This document shows positions 38,548-47,916 of a DNA stretch of 64,000 bases, in pieces. How positions within the stretch are numbered: position 1 is the stretch's first letter; each line of letters begins with the position of its first letter. The stretch covers positions 55,115-119,114 of the forward strand of contig JAHJMN010000189.1 in NCBI GenBank assembly GCA_018821305.1. The letters run 5' to 3'. This DNA comes from Myxococcota bacterium (GTDB taxonomy: Bacteria > Myxococcota_A > Polyangia > HGW-17). A program made the translations under genes and the position numbers. Under the pieces are notes generated by a model. It searched no databases. It was not told where the DNA came from and saw only the letters and a program-made list of their open reading frames with translations.

Positions 38548-39444
38548 TTCTCCATCCGCCGGTTCAATATGAACCAGTATATCCCAGTATCCTTCTCCCA
38601 TTTTTTCTTTCACAGCTATCTCAACATTTTCAGAAACATCATGACCTGATCGAACAGTCATCTGCCCATCAACAAGTATGTGAAGGTCAAGGTAGTTTAA
38701 ACTTCCTGATTTTCTACTTCGAACAGCATGATAGCCTTTGATTTCAGGTATACTCTGTAAAATTTCATCCAGTTTTAACTTCTGTTCTGAAGAAATCCCG
38801 GTGTCCGTAAGTTCATTACATGATTGAAAAATAATTTTCCAGGCTGCCGTTAGAATGAAAACGCAGACTAGTATTGCTCCAATGAGGTCAAGGTATCCAA
38901 AGCCTGGAAAAACAATGGCAGCACTAATTGCAATAGCTGCAGGAATAGAAGAGAACCCATCACTGCGATGATGCCAGGCATTAGCAATAACAGCAGATGA
39001 TTTTATTCGAGTTCCTTCATGAAGAGTCCATCTATAAAGTAATTCTTTAGTAATTATAGAAATTACAGCAGCAAAGAGAGGGAAAAATCCCGGTGTAGTA
39101 TTTTTCCCTGAGTGGATTTTCTGGATTGAGTCAAAAAAAATGCCGATCCCTGCTGCACCCAGGGCAAGTCCGATAAATATTGATATTATATGCTCAATTT
39201 TCTGATGACCATAAGGATGTGAATCATCTGGTGGCTGAGTCCACCAGCGCACTCCAATAAGCAATGCTATATCAGTAATACAATCAGACAAGGAATGAGT
39301 TGCGTCGGCTATCATGGTATGAGAATGACCCAGAATTCCTGCTGTATACTTAAGCGTACTCAAGATAATATTTACAAACAGAGCAATAATGGCTGTTTTC
39401 TTAACAGTTTTTTTTATTTCATCATGTTCAGATTCGGGAACCAA
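38536..39444 (-). CDS. cation diffusion facilitator (CDF) family metal efflux transporter
   Basis: Six TM helices plus a C-terminal cytoplasmic domain. HSHTMIADATHSLSDCITDIALLIG matches the CDF signature around TM2. Confidence 0.85.
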   Translation of the reverse strand: MVPESEHDEIKKTVKKTAIIALFVNIILSTLKYTAGILGHSHTMIADATHSLSDCITDIALLIGVRWWTQPPDDSHPYGHQKIEHIISIFIGLALGAAGIGIFFDSIQKIHSGKNTTPGFFPLFAAVISIITKELLYRWTLHEGTRIKSSAVIANAWHHRSDGFSSIPAAIAISAAIVFPGFGYLDLIGAILVCVFILTAAWKIIFQSCNELTDTGISSEQKLKLDEILQSIPEIKGYHAVRSRKSGSLNYLDLHILVDGQMTVRSGHDVSENVEIAVKEKMGEGYWDILVHIEPADGESDP

Positions 39445-39535
39445 ATTACGCCATCACTTTCAGAATGCCAGAACCACAGATGCAAAATTTGCAGCTTTTT
39501 TATAATTATATTAGATTCCGGGTGGTTGCAATGCA

Positions 39536-40549
39536 ATGAAATATTCCATTTTTTTTCTACTATTTCCACTGTTAACGTCCTGTATGAATCTGCCGGAAAC
39601 CAGTTTCCTTGAATTCTGCTATTTTCATCCAGCTTCTACTGGAACTGATCCTTACTATATTCCCGATGATCTTGATATTCCATATATTAAAATCATTGCT
39701 CCTTTTGATAATGATTTCATTGATGAAAATTACCCTTTTCTTGTTGGAGCATGGAATATTCATCGACTCGAATTTTATGACAATGACTCTCTTGTAAAAT
39801 CAATAATAGTATCCGATACATATAATGAGTATACCCTTATTCTCGATTCCAGGATAGAGACACACTATCTAGAATTTCGTGGGTTTGACGAACATAACGA
39901 TCTGATTGCGTCTTCCTCTATTAAGATAAATGTCATGCCAGGAATAGACCTCAGTCGAGGAATGATAGTTGGCGACATGTGGATCTCCTACTACTACATT
40001 GGTGAGGAAGCAAGGTTCCGTGGTGAAAAAGATATTTTCATTACGGATATGCAATGTATACCACTGGCAGAAGTGAATTGGGATTTCCTCGCAGAACTAT
40101 GCATGGAGGGTAGTGGGCGATTAAACGATGGGAGCATCCTGAACTATGGTTCCCGTTGCAAGTGTGGTTTTCCTTGTCCCTGGGGAGGAAATATCTGCTA
40201 CGTGGAACTTGATAAGGTAAAGTATCCGTGGGGTGCTGGAAGCCGCAAGAAAAGCCTTGTGCCCCTGCGAACGCTGGCTGTTGACAACAATGTCATTCCT
40301 CATGGAACAATTGTCTATATTGAAGAATGGGACGGTGTAGCCATTCCCGATATCGGCGGAATCGGGAATTTTATCCACGATGGCTGTTTCCGGGCTGATG
40401 ACATCGGAGGATGGATAAAAAATGATCATTTTGATTTTTTCAGTGGTACAAAAGAAATGTGGCTTTATTTTGAAAAAATAATCCCTACAAAGAAAAGAAT
40501 GACTGTGAGGATTGATGCGGGACGCTGTTCCTATTTGAAAAACGATTAG
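39536..40549 (+). CDS. lipoprotein with C-terminal 3D (MltA-like) domain
   Basis: Lipobox LLTSCMNL. C-terminus LPLRTLAVDNNVIPHGTIVYIEEWDG...FRADDIGGWIKNDHFDFFSG matches the three-Asp 3D-domain pattern. Confidence 0.6.
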   Translation: MKYSIFFLLFPLLTSCMNLPETSFLEFCYFHPASTGTDPYYIPDDLDIPYIKIIAPFDNDFIDENYPFLVGAWNIHRLEFYDNDSLVKSIIVSDTYNEYTLILDSRIETHYLEFRGFDEHNDLIASSSIKINVMPGIDLSRGMIVGDMWISYYYIGEEARFRGEKDIFITDMQCIPLAEVNWDFLAELCMEGSGRLNDGSILNYGSRCKCGFPCPWGGNICYVELDKVKYPWGAGSRKKSLVPLRTLAVDNNVIPHGTIVYIEEWDGVAIPDIGGIGNFIHDGCFRADDIGGWIKNDHFDFFSGTKEMWLYFEKIIPTKKRMTVRIDAGRCSYLKND

Positions 40550-40587
40550 ATTTAATGTAAAACGGATCGTATATCTGTGGAGTTATC

Positions 40588-41019
40588 ATGATAAAAATAT
40601 TAACTGGTTTTATTTTCACTATAATTTTTGCAGTAGGATGTAACCCTGAACCTCCTGTACGTTATAAACGTTATGTCGCTGCAAGAGCGGTTGAGGATTT
40701 GAGTTGCACTAAAGAAGGCACCACCTATGTCCAACTGGAAAAAACTAAATATGCAGCGCGAGGGTGCGGTGCCTACGCTATATATCGCGTAAAATGCAAT
40801 GAAATCGGAGTATGTAAGGCACTTATGATACAGGTGCCCAGGGCTGACAACGGTGAAATTGTGGATTCTACAGTTAAGAAGCCTGTATCAAAACCAAAGC
40901 GCAAGGCTGTTGTCACGCCGGATCCGGAACCGGATCCGGAACCCTCTAAACCCAAACCTTCACCAATGAAGGAAGAGAAAATTATCGATGAACCAGATCT
41001 GACTCCTGAAAAAGATTGA
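40588..41019 (+). CDS. small lipoprotein with PDPEP/KPKP-rich C-terminus
   Basis: Lipobox IIFAVGCNPE. Tandem ccggatccggaacc DNA repeat encodes PDPEPDPEP. Confidence 0.45.
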   Translation: MIKILTGFIFTIIFAVGCNPEPPVRYKRYVAARAVEDLSCTKEGTTYVQLEKTKYAARGCGAYAIYRVKCNEIGVCKALMIQVPRADNGEIVDSTVKKPVSKPKRKAVVTPDPEPDPEPSKPKPSPMKEEKIIDEPDLTPEKD

Positions 41020-41071
41020 TCTGCTGATTTTTTTAAACTGAAGTTAATCATTCGGGCTGCACAATAAATTT

Positions 41072-41356
41072 CTTCGTGAAGCGAATTAGTTACTGTCCTG
41101 AAATACCGTTTTTCAAATTTTTTGCCGATTTTTTGCTCAGGACTCTCACTGTTTTCGATGAAAACAATTGTCGTCTTTGACGATTTCCTTCGGAAATCCG
41201 TTTTAGACAGTAACCGCAAGGTGCTTACGCTTCCGCGCTTCGCTGCGCGAGAGCGCTATAGTTGAATTTATTACTAGTGGCCTGTTAGGATTTTTAATAA
41301 AATCCTTCGCGAAGCGAATTACAGGACACGAACGAATTACAGGATACAAACTATTT
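41072..41356 (-). mobile_element. MITE-like intergenic repeat, longest copy (modules A, B, D, C); reverse complement of the 44.3 kb copy with an extra insert of about 50 nt
   Basis: The reverse complement reads ttcgtgtcctgtaattcgcttcgcgaaggattttattaaaaatcctaacaggccact ... ccttgcggttactgtctaaaacggatttccgaaggaaatcgtcaaagacgacaattgttttcatcgaaaacagtgagagtcctgagcaaaaaatcggcaaaaaatttgaaaaacggtatttcaggacagtaactaat. Confidence 0.75.
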
Positions 41357-41377
41357 GCCCAGTCTTAAAGAGGATTT

Positions 41378-42142
41378 ATGATAGCACCAAATATTCCCGC
41401 TCTGGAAACGTTCTACTGTAAGTATCTTCTGCGCCCATGGATCCGTCACAATAAAGGCGAAGTATCATTAACTGGCGTTGACGATATTCCCAGGGGCACA
41501 CCTTGTCTATTCGTACTCAAGAAATATGATCGCAGGATTCTACTGAATTTTCTACACATTCTTTACCGTAATGAAAATATACGTTATTCAATTCCAGTAT
41601 CCAGTTCCGATGATGAAAAACCACTCTTTCCATTCAACTTTTTTCACAGTTTATCAATGCCATCGCCGGGCCGGTTTATTTCCGATTATTTTCTGACTCT
41701 TAACGGTCGTCTTCCAACACAGTTTGAAATTGACTCACTGAGATCCGTCATTTCCCATGAAAACAAACTACTTAATCAGTTTGAAGAGGGACTTAAAGCC
41801 TCATGGAAAGCAGATTTCCTTCCCACCGTAAAAACCTTTTATAATCAAGTCAGAAACTACACTCTGGAAAAAAACTTCAATCTGGTGTTATTTTTAAACG
41901 ACGACCGGTTCTATACATCAGATATTCAGGATACGTCCATCTGTGCCGGGGCTATCATTAGTTCCGGTTATCCGGCATGTTCAATAAATGTTAATGAAAT
42001 TAAAAACATTTCCGGCAGTTTCAATACTGTTTTTTCCGTTTCATCAGTGTGGGATACTTTTGACCCACCCCTTTCTCTTATTCCTTCACAGGAACAAACA
42101 CAGGAACTAATTTTGAGTCTCTTTCCGGATTATTATCAATGA
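41378..42142 (+). CDS. hypothetical protein
   Basis: 254-aa ORF with consistent coding frame, overlapping the next gene by 4 nt. No motifs recognised. Confidence 0.4.
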   Translation: MIAPNIPALETFYCKYLLRPWIRHNKGEVSLTGVDDIPRGTPCLFVLKKYDRRILLNFLHILYRNENIRYSIPVSSSDDEKPLFPFNFFHSLSMPSPGRFISDYFLTLNGRLPTQFEIDSLRSVISHENKLLNQFEEGLKASWKADFLPTVKTFYNQVRNYTLEKNFNLVLFLNDDRFYTSDIQDTSICAGAIISSGYPACSINVNEIKNISGSFNTVFSVSSVWDTFDPPLSLIPSQEQTQELILSLFPDYYQ

Positions 42143-43134
42143 AACTATATATCTTACTTTTTCTTGCTTTTTTTTTGTCCTGCAGCAATCCACAAAATGC
42201 AAAAGCGCCCGGGGAAACAAAGATATCAGAGCATCAATCCCAGACTGAAAATAAATTAACACCTGACAATACTTCCTCCCGCATCATAACTGTTGTTGAA
42301 AAGTCAGGTTCTACTGTTTCATCCGTATCAAACCAACCCGACAGCCAGACTGCGAAAAAAATGTATCCATGGAAGAGATCTGCGTCGGGCTACGTTTCTG
42401 TCAATAGTAGAATTCCAGATCCCGCTGGTTTTAAACGAATCAAAGCCATGAAAAACTCTTACGCATACTGGCTCAGATATCTTCCTGTAAGAAAAGCTGG
42501 CACAAAAGTCTATGATTACTCCGGAGATGAATTGTCTGATTCCACTGCAGCCGCATGGGCTGTTATAGATTTGGACATCGGCAACAGGGATCTTCAGCAA
42601 TGTATGGACACAATAATCCGGCTCCGGGCTGAGTATCTTTGGCAAAGAAATTTAAAAGGCTCCATTTCTTTCCCATATCATGGAAGTACCTATTTTAAAT
42701 GGACTCAATGGGCAGCGGGTCTCAGGCCATCTCTCAACCGGGGAAAAGTAACCATGATCCCAAAAGCAAAAGAGCTTCATTCCCGGCAGAATTTTCGGAA
42801 ATATCTGACCTTCATGTTTGCAATGACTGGAACTGTTTCTAATACAAGAGAGCCAAGTGTAAAATATTCAGACGCAAAACCTGGAGATTTTTTCCTTCAT
42901 CCAGCTCCTTCCGCTAGAGTTCTTGGACATGCTGTAATTATTCTTGATATTGCACAAAATACAGCCGGTGAAAAGCGTTTCTTACTTGGACAGGGCTTTA
43001 CGCCAGCTCAGGACATGCACGTACTGAAGTACAATTCAAAAACTGCGTGGTATCCTCTGAAGTCCTCAGACGATATTAAAACACCTCTATGGAAACCTTT
43101 TTCCTGGGCTGATCTGAAACGATTCAGATACTGA
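42139..43134 (+). CDS. hypothetical lipoprotein
   Basis: Lipobox LAFFLSCSNP; 331 aa; no recognisable motifs. Confidence 0.45.
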   Translation: MKLYILLFLAFFLSCSNPQNAKAPGETKISEHQSQTENKLTPDNTSSRIITVVEKSGSTVSSVSNQPDSQTAKKMYPWKRSASGYVSVNSRIPDPAGFKRIKAMKNSYAYWLRYLPVRKAGTKVYDYSGDELSDSTAAAWAVIDLDIGNRDLQQCMDTIIRLRAEYLWQRNLKGSISFPYHGSTYFKWTQWAAGLRPSLNRGKVTMIPKAKELHSRQNFRKYLTFMFAMTGTVSNTREPSVKYSDAKPGDFFLHPAPSARVLGHAVIILDIAQNTAGEKRFLLGQGFTPAQDMHVLKYNSKTAWYPLKSSDDIKTPLWKPFSWADLKRFRY

Positions 43135-43147
43135 AAGGAACAAAACC

Positions 43148-44035
43148 ATGCCCTCATCAATTCCAACGTCTCTTTATCCCGCAATGGTTGCCGGTATTAT
43201 TGGTTGTATCCTGCTTCTACCCCAGTTTTTCAGATTATTTTTTGTTCAGCCTATCAACATCCCCATATTTTCGAGTGTTATTCAGAAACTGATTATTGCG
43301 GGTAATATTGAGCGGGCTATTAAACTCTGCAGTGCCGCCCCCACGGCTTTAATTGCTCGTGGTACAAAAGGAGTCCTTCAGGGCGTTATGCGTGGAGAAA
43401 AAGATCCCGAATCAATCAGAAGGAATTTTGTTGATCAATTTTCCCCCTTAACTCTTGATGGCGAATTAAACAGGTATCGCACTTTAAGCGCATTGGGCTT
43501 TGCTATCGCCATCGGAGGCGGCGCTTATACAACGCTGGCATTGAATGTCCCTCCTGGAAAACATCTTATCCCTGTTGGTGTTGCCGTTTTCCTTGATTTT
43601 ATAATTATTTTTCGGACTATGAAAATGAAAACACAAATTCAAGGATATCTAATTTTTATGTCCCATGTTTTTGCGGGAGAAAACCAGAGTTCTATCGCTA
43701 AAGTAAATGAAAAAATTAAAAACCACGCTTGTCCTGCTTGTGGAAAAGAAAACCCCGAGCATTACCGATTCTGCCTTGGCTGCGGTGGAGATCTTAATCA
43801 AGGTAGGCTAACAGAAGGTGCAACCACTGACGAACAATCTGAGGAGATTGGAAATTTTGTTACCGAAAAATCAAATACTGCTTCCTCAAAAAAAGTTGTC
43901 TGCAAGAATTGCGGTTCTGAATTGAAAGTAGCAGCTTCAGTTCTTGAAGAAATAAATTCAGAGTTTGACATTTTCTCCCGTATTGACTCCTCCTGCCCCA
44001 AGTGTGGCTCCTCATTCTTTGAACTCCATGGGTAA
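43148..44035 (+). CDS. membrane protein with C-terminal double zinc-ribbon
   Basis: N-terminal TM helices. CPACGKENPEHYRFCLGCGGDL and CKNCGSELK...CPKCGSSFF. Confidence 0.5.
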   Translation: MPSSIPTSLYPAMVAGIIGCILLLPQFFRLFFVQPINIPIFSSVIQKLIIAGNIERAIKLCSAAPTALIARGTKGVLQGVMRGEKDPESIRRNFVDQFSPLTLDGELNRYRTLSALGFAIAIGGGAYTTLALNVPPGKHLIPVGVAVFLDFIIIFRTMKMKTQIQGYLIFMSHVFAGENQSSIAKVNEKIKNHACPACGKENPEHYRFCLGCGGDLNQGRLTEGATTDEQSEEIGNFVTEKSNTASSKKVVCKNCGSELKVAASVLEEINSEFDIFSRIDSSCPKCGSSFFELHG

Positions 44036-44074
44036 ATTTGGTTCATGTGCTTAGTAATAAGATTGTGAGTTATT

Positions 44075-44282
44075 TTAAAGAAATGCTTCAGGAATGAGCC
44101 CCCTGTTTTCCTGTTCCTGCTACTGATTTCCTGTTTATCTGAAATTTTTTAACAGGTACTCAGGCAGTCAGATAAACAGGGGCAGGGTCAGATCATAAAC
44201 ATCTAATATCAATGTAAAATTACAAAAACTAGAAGTAAATATTCACTTTTTAGATTTTGATCCTTTTACTCATGAAGCGGTT
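44075..44282 (+). repeat. Repeat B, copy 1: direct repeat of about 230 nt with internal 13-bp inverted repeat
   Basis: ttattttaaagaaatgcttcaggaatgagccc...cctgttttcctgttcctgctactgatttcctgtttatctga-N30-tcagataaacagg...; about 75-80% identical to the 45.2 kb copy. Confidence 0.6.
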
Positions 44283-44497
44283 TAGATCGTGTCCTGTAAT
44301 TCGCTTCGCTAAGGATTTTATCAAAAATCCTAACAGGCCACTACTAGTAAATTCAACACCTTGCGGTTACTGTCTAAAACGGATTTCCGAAGGAAATCGT
44401 CAAAGACGACAATTGTTTTCATCGAAAACAGTGAGAGTCATGAGCAAAAAATCGGTAAAAAATTTGATTTCTTTTATTTCAGTACAGTAACTATTTG
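44283..44497 (+). mobile_element. MITE-like intergenic repeat (modules A, B, D, C), plus-orientation counterpart of the 41.1 kb copy
   Basis: tcgtgtcctgtaattcgcttcgctaaggattttatcaaaaatcctaacaggccactactagtaaattcaacaccttgcggttactgtctaaaacggatttccgaaggaaatcgtcaaagacgacaattgttttcatcgaaaacagtgagagtcatgagcaaaaaatcggtaaaaaatttgatttcttttatttcagtacagtaactatttg. Confidence 0.75.
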
Positions 44498-44571
44498 AAA
44501 GCAGTAAATGACTTGCCAGTTTATGGTAAATATTCTAATCTTTTTCCAGCGAAAAGAACCGGGAGACACAA

Positions 44572-45192
44572 ATGAAAACTTATACAATGGATACGGCTTC
44601 TCAGGACCTTATTGAAGTAGGCTCATATCACCTTGCCATGCTTAAGTCCGAAGAAGCGACTTTAGTTCTTGCAGAAGACTTTCAATATATTCAGGATAAT
44701 CTACGAAAAACCAGAGATGCCCTTTCGGAAAAACATGAAAAAACACTCACATGTTTAGCCCTGAAAAACCGAAATGATCACATACTGGACAAAGAAGTGA
44801 TGACTTTCGAAAAAGCCCTTCTGGAATCTCTTGGAAAAGATCGGAAAAATCCCATTTATAAAAAGATATTTCCTTCCGGTCGTTTTAAAGTCACTAAGCT
44901 TCCGATAAACAAAGTAATGGAAGCCGTTATTATTCTTGAGAAATCTATTGAGAGTGCTGAAATAGATGACAGCCTTAAATCTTTTGGTGAATCACTGAAA
45001 ATTCGTCGTCAATCTCTTCATGAAAGCCTGAATTCATACCGTGCTGCTCTCCGAAGTGAAGGCGAAAGCCGAGTTGAACTCCAACTTGCTAAAGAAGAAT
45101 GGTTGAGACTTTATGCAATATGTCAAAACCTCGTAAGAAATGTCTATTCTAATGATCCCGACATGTACGCATGTTTCTTTCCGGATTTTTAA
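44572..45192 (+). CDS. hypothetical protein, flanked by Repeat B direct repeats
   Basis: 206-aa ORF; predicted helical, charged; no motifs recognised. Confidence 0.4.
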   Translation: MKTYTMDTASQDLIEVGSYHLAMLKSEEATLVLAEDFQYIQDNLRKTRDALSEKHEKTLTCLALKNRNDHILDKEVMTFEKALLESLGKDRKNPIYKKIFPSGRFKVTKLPINKVMEAVIILEKSIESAEIDDSLKSFGESLKIRRQSLHESLNSYRAALRSEGESRVELQLAKEEWLRLYAICQNLVRNVYSNDPDMYACFFPDF

Positions 45193-45239
45193 AATTTTAA
45201 ATTGAGCAATCAGGGGGACCGACACGATAGTAACTTAAT

Positions 45240-45480
45240 TTAAAGAAAAGCTTCAAGAGAAAGCCCATCGCATTCCGCTGCGCGAAATTGCCTACCTGAT
45301 TTTCCTGTTGTTGCTACTGATTTCCTGAATACCTGATTTTTTTAACAGGGAATCAGGAAGTCAGGTAAACAGGGTCAGGAACAGCGGATAACCATTCAAT
45401 ATCAAATAATAATTAAAAAGAACGTAATTTTTAATTCAATTTCCCAATTTCGATCCTCGTACTCAGGAAGCGGTCTGGAT
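45240..45480 (+). repeat. Repeat B, copy 2
   Basis: ttaatttaaagaaaagcttcaagagaaagccc...ctgattttcctgttgttgctactgatttcctgaatacctga...tcaggtaaacagggtcagg... Confidence 0.6.
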
Positions 45481-45492
45481 GGGAAAACTGGT

Positions 45493-45687
45493 CTATTTGT
45501 CTTTGATCATTGTCGGATTGGTACTTGATTTAATAAGGTCTTCAATTTCAGTCCGTCGCTCACCATATCTTTGCTTAACCATTTCATCAATTACATCCTG
45601 CATAGTTCTTTTTTCTACTATACTTATAAGCTTCAATCTTTTGTGTGTTGAAAGAGATATCTTAAGAGTTGTGGTTTCTTCAGACAT
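45493..45687 (-). CDS. small ribbon-helix-helix (CopG/Arc/MetJ-like) DNA-binding protein; no toxin partner evident
   Basis: 64 aa. TTTLKISLSTHKRLKLISIVEKRTMQDVIDEMVKQ shows a beta-strand then helix-helix pattern typical of RHH regulators and antitoxins. Confidence 0.4.
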   Translation of the reverse strand: MSEETTTLKISLSTHKRLKLISIVEKRTMQDVIDEMVKQRYGERRTEIEDLIKSSTNPTMIKDK

Positions 45688-45865
45688 AATAAAATCCTTT
45701 TTTCCAAACCGGCTTAAAACAATATAAAAAGCACGTTTATCTATACCGGTACTGGGTCATATTGCAATCCGCTATTCGGATTTGCTTTCATGGCCTGTAT
45801 GAAGAAAGATTACCCAGCCTCTTCGTGAAAATCAACAATAATGAATCGAAGAAAATCAAAACGGC

Positions 45866-46795
45866 TCAGCGGCCGCGTAAAATTGCACTGAAAAACTCAC
45901 GAAAATTGTAAAGGTGGAAATCTTTTGCCCTGATTGGAATAAAAACAAGGAGAAAAAGATGCATTGCTGTTATGAGAATTGCCTGCCAGCCGTTATCCGA
46001 AAATGGCCTCCCGGGCAATACTGCCGCGACAATTATCTGTGCGATAGTGAACGCTTCTGTAGCAAGAATGAAAATGTAACCGATTCGAATATATCTTATT
46101 AAAAATAAACCACCCAAAACAAGTAAAAACACCGCCGCTGCAGAATTGGGAAGTCCTGAACTCTGAGTCCGGCCAAAATGATAAACGGTAGCTGAGGAAA
46201 AAAACAGCATCAGTGCCTCAAAAAAGAAAACACCGGCGCTGACTCCAGGGCCAATCCAGGTGGGAGCTAATCTTTGGGTTTCCTGACGAAAACTTTCGAC
46301 ACTCACGTTTGCAGTAATTGATTCTATAAGATTTTTAATTGTTTTGCGTATACTTTCGAGGCCTGGATATTTGGAAAAAAAGTAAAATCTCGCCCCTTCA
46401 ACAACTACGGAATCTGAGATGCCAAAATGGATGTGCGTCTCTGACTCGGGAGACAGGATCTTCCACGGAGCCGCTGGTTTTTCCTCTTTTTCATATTTCC
46501 CCAGTTTAAAATAATCAGTTAGAAAAACCCTGAATGCTTCGGGATCCATATCGTCACCGGTCACAAACATAGTTATAAGTTTCTCAGGTTCCATCTCACT
46601 GTTCCCTGAGGACTTTCCATTTATAATGTCAACCCGACGGACTTTCCCAGAGGCTTTACGAATAGAAGCGACTTCCCATTCCACCGGTAAAATAATATTA
46701 CACAATGCCTGGAGATGGCTAGGGGCCATGGGATCAACTCTGAGTTTTTCCATTATCTCCGTTTTATCGAATTTTTCGTCCATCTTAACCTCCAA
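45866..46795 (-). CDS. hypothetical membrane protein
   Basis: 309 aa, soluble N-terminal half and three or four C-terminal TM helices. Overlaps the upstream TPR gene by 11 nt. Confidence 0.45.
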   Translation of the reverse strand: MEVKMDEKFDKTEIMEKLRVDPMAPSHLQALCNIILPVEWEVASIRKASGKVRRVDIINGKSSGNSEMEPEKLITMFVTGDDMDPEAFRVFLTDYFKLGKYEKEEKPAAPWKILSPESETHIHFGISDSVVVEGARFYFFSKYPGLESIRKTIKNLIESITANVSVESFRQETQRLAPTWIGPGVSAGVFFFEALMLFFSSATVYHFGRTQSSGLPNSAAAVFLLVLGGLFLIRYIRIGYIFILATEAFTIAQIIVAAVLPGRPFSDNGWQAILITAMHLFLLVFIPIRAKDFHLYNFREFFSAILRGR

Positions 46796-47909
46796 GGGCT
46801 TTTTTCAGAGCTTTTTCATACCGTGGATCTTTGCCTTTGTATTTCAGTTTTTTAGCTTTATTAAGATCGTCCATGGCTTTCTTATACTGCTTTAGATAAA
46901 AATGTGTCATGCTTCTGGAAAACCAGGCCTTGGCATAATTTTCATTTAATTCTATTGCCTTACTTAGATCAATGAGGGCTTCATTATATTTTTTTAATAA
47001 GTTGCGAGTAATACCCCGCATATAATAACTTGTGGCGGAATTATATTTATTTTTGATACATACGGAAAAGTCCTGCTCAGCTTTTTCAAATTCTTTCTTA
47101 TCAAAAAATATGATACCTCTATTAAAATATGCTTTTATATATTCAGGACTTCGCTTTATTGCATCATCTAAAAGTTCGAGAGCTTCATCAACCTTTCGGG
47201 TTTTCGCGAGCAGTCTTGCAAGATTTGTTTTTGCCTTTACCATTCCAGGATCAATTTTTACAGCAGCCTGATAATCACTGATTGCTTTTTTAAACTTTTT
47301 CATCTTTTCATATAAAAAGCCACGATTATTCAAAGCCTCCTCATAGTTAGGCTTTATTTTTAATGCTTTAGTGTATGAAGCTTCTGCATCTTTTAATTTG
47401 TTCATTTTTTCAAATATAAAACCTTGATAATTCAAAACTTTAATGTTTTTTGAATCTTTTTCCAGCAGCAATCTGGAATCATCAAGAGCCTTGGCGTATT
47501 CCCCAGATTTTTCATAACACAGCATTCGGTTGTACAAAGCCCGCTCGTAATTTGGTTTAAGTTCTAGAGCTTTTGAATAATCGGTAGCGGCTTTCGAATA
47601 ATTCTTACTTTTCTGAAAAACAAGCCCACGATTATAATAATGGGAAGCGTTTTTCGGGTCCTTTTCAATCTTTTTATCAAGCTCCTCCCGGGCTCCTTCA
47701 AGATTGCCGGTATTTATCATCATTCGGACATTACCGGTATTTACTACTTTTTTATCGGTCCCGGTTTGGGGACCATCACTGTCTCTCACTTCTTTCTTTT
47801 CTGCGGGATCGCTTCCATTTTTAGTTGTAGATCCAGGAACAGTCTCAGGTTTTCCCTTACTGCACCCTATAGTGATAATTACGGTGATAATTAAAACTCC
47901 AAATCTCAT
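46785..47909 (-). CDS. TPR-repeat lipoprotein
   Basis: Lipobox IITIGCSKG. About eight canonical TPR units (W/Y-x-x-G...A...Y..AL...P periodicity, for example YYNRGLVFQKSKNYSKAATDYSKALELKPNY). Confidence 0.7.
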   Translation of the reverse strand: MRFGVLIITVIITIGCSKGKPETVPGSTTKNGSDPAEKKEVRDSDGPQTGTDKKVVNTGNVRMMINTGNLEGAREELDKKIEKDPKNASHYYNRGLVFQKSKNYSKAATDYSKALELKPNYERALYNRMLCYEKSGEYAKALDDSRLLLEKDSKNIKVLNYQGFIFEKMNKLKDAEASYTKALKIKPNYEEALNNRGFLYEKMKKFKKAISDYQAAVKIDPGMVKAKTNLARLLAKTRKVDEALELLDDAIKRSPEYIKAYFNRGIIFFDKKEFEKAEQDFSVCIKNKYNSATSYYMRGITRNLLKKYNEALIDLSKAIELNENYAKAWFSRSMTHFYLKQYKKAMDDLNKAKKLKYKGKDPRYEKALKKALGG

Positions 47910-47916
47910 AGTAACC

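Noticed and set aside
45034-45225. 63-aa minus-strand ORF downstream of the RHH gene as a possible toxin partner
   Set aside because: It lies entirely antisense within the 44572-45192 gene and has no toxin-like features. The RHH gene is treated as orphan.
45870-45885. GCGGCCGC palindrome in the RHH and membrane-protein intergenic region
   Set aside because: An isolated 8-bp GC palindrome with no repeats or partner sites, most likely chance or a small hairpin.
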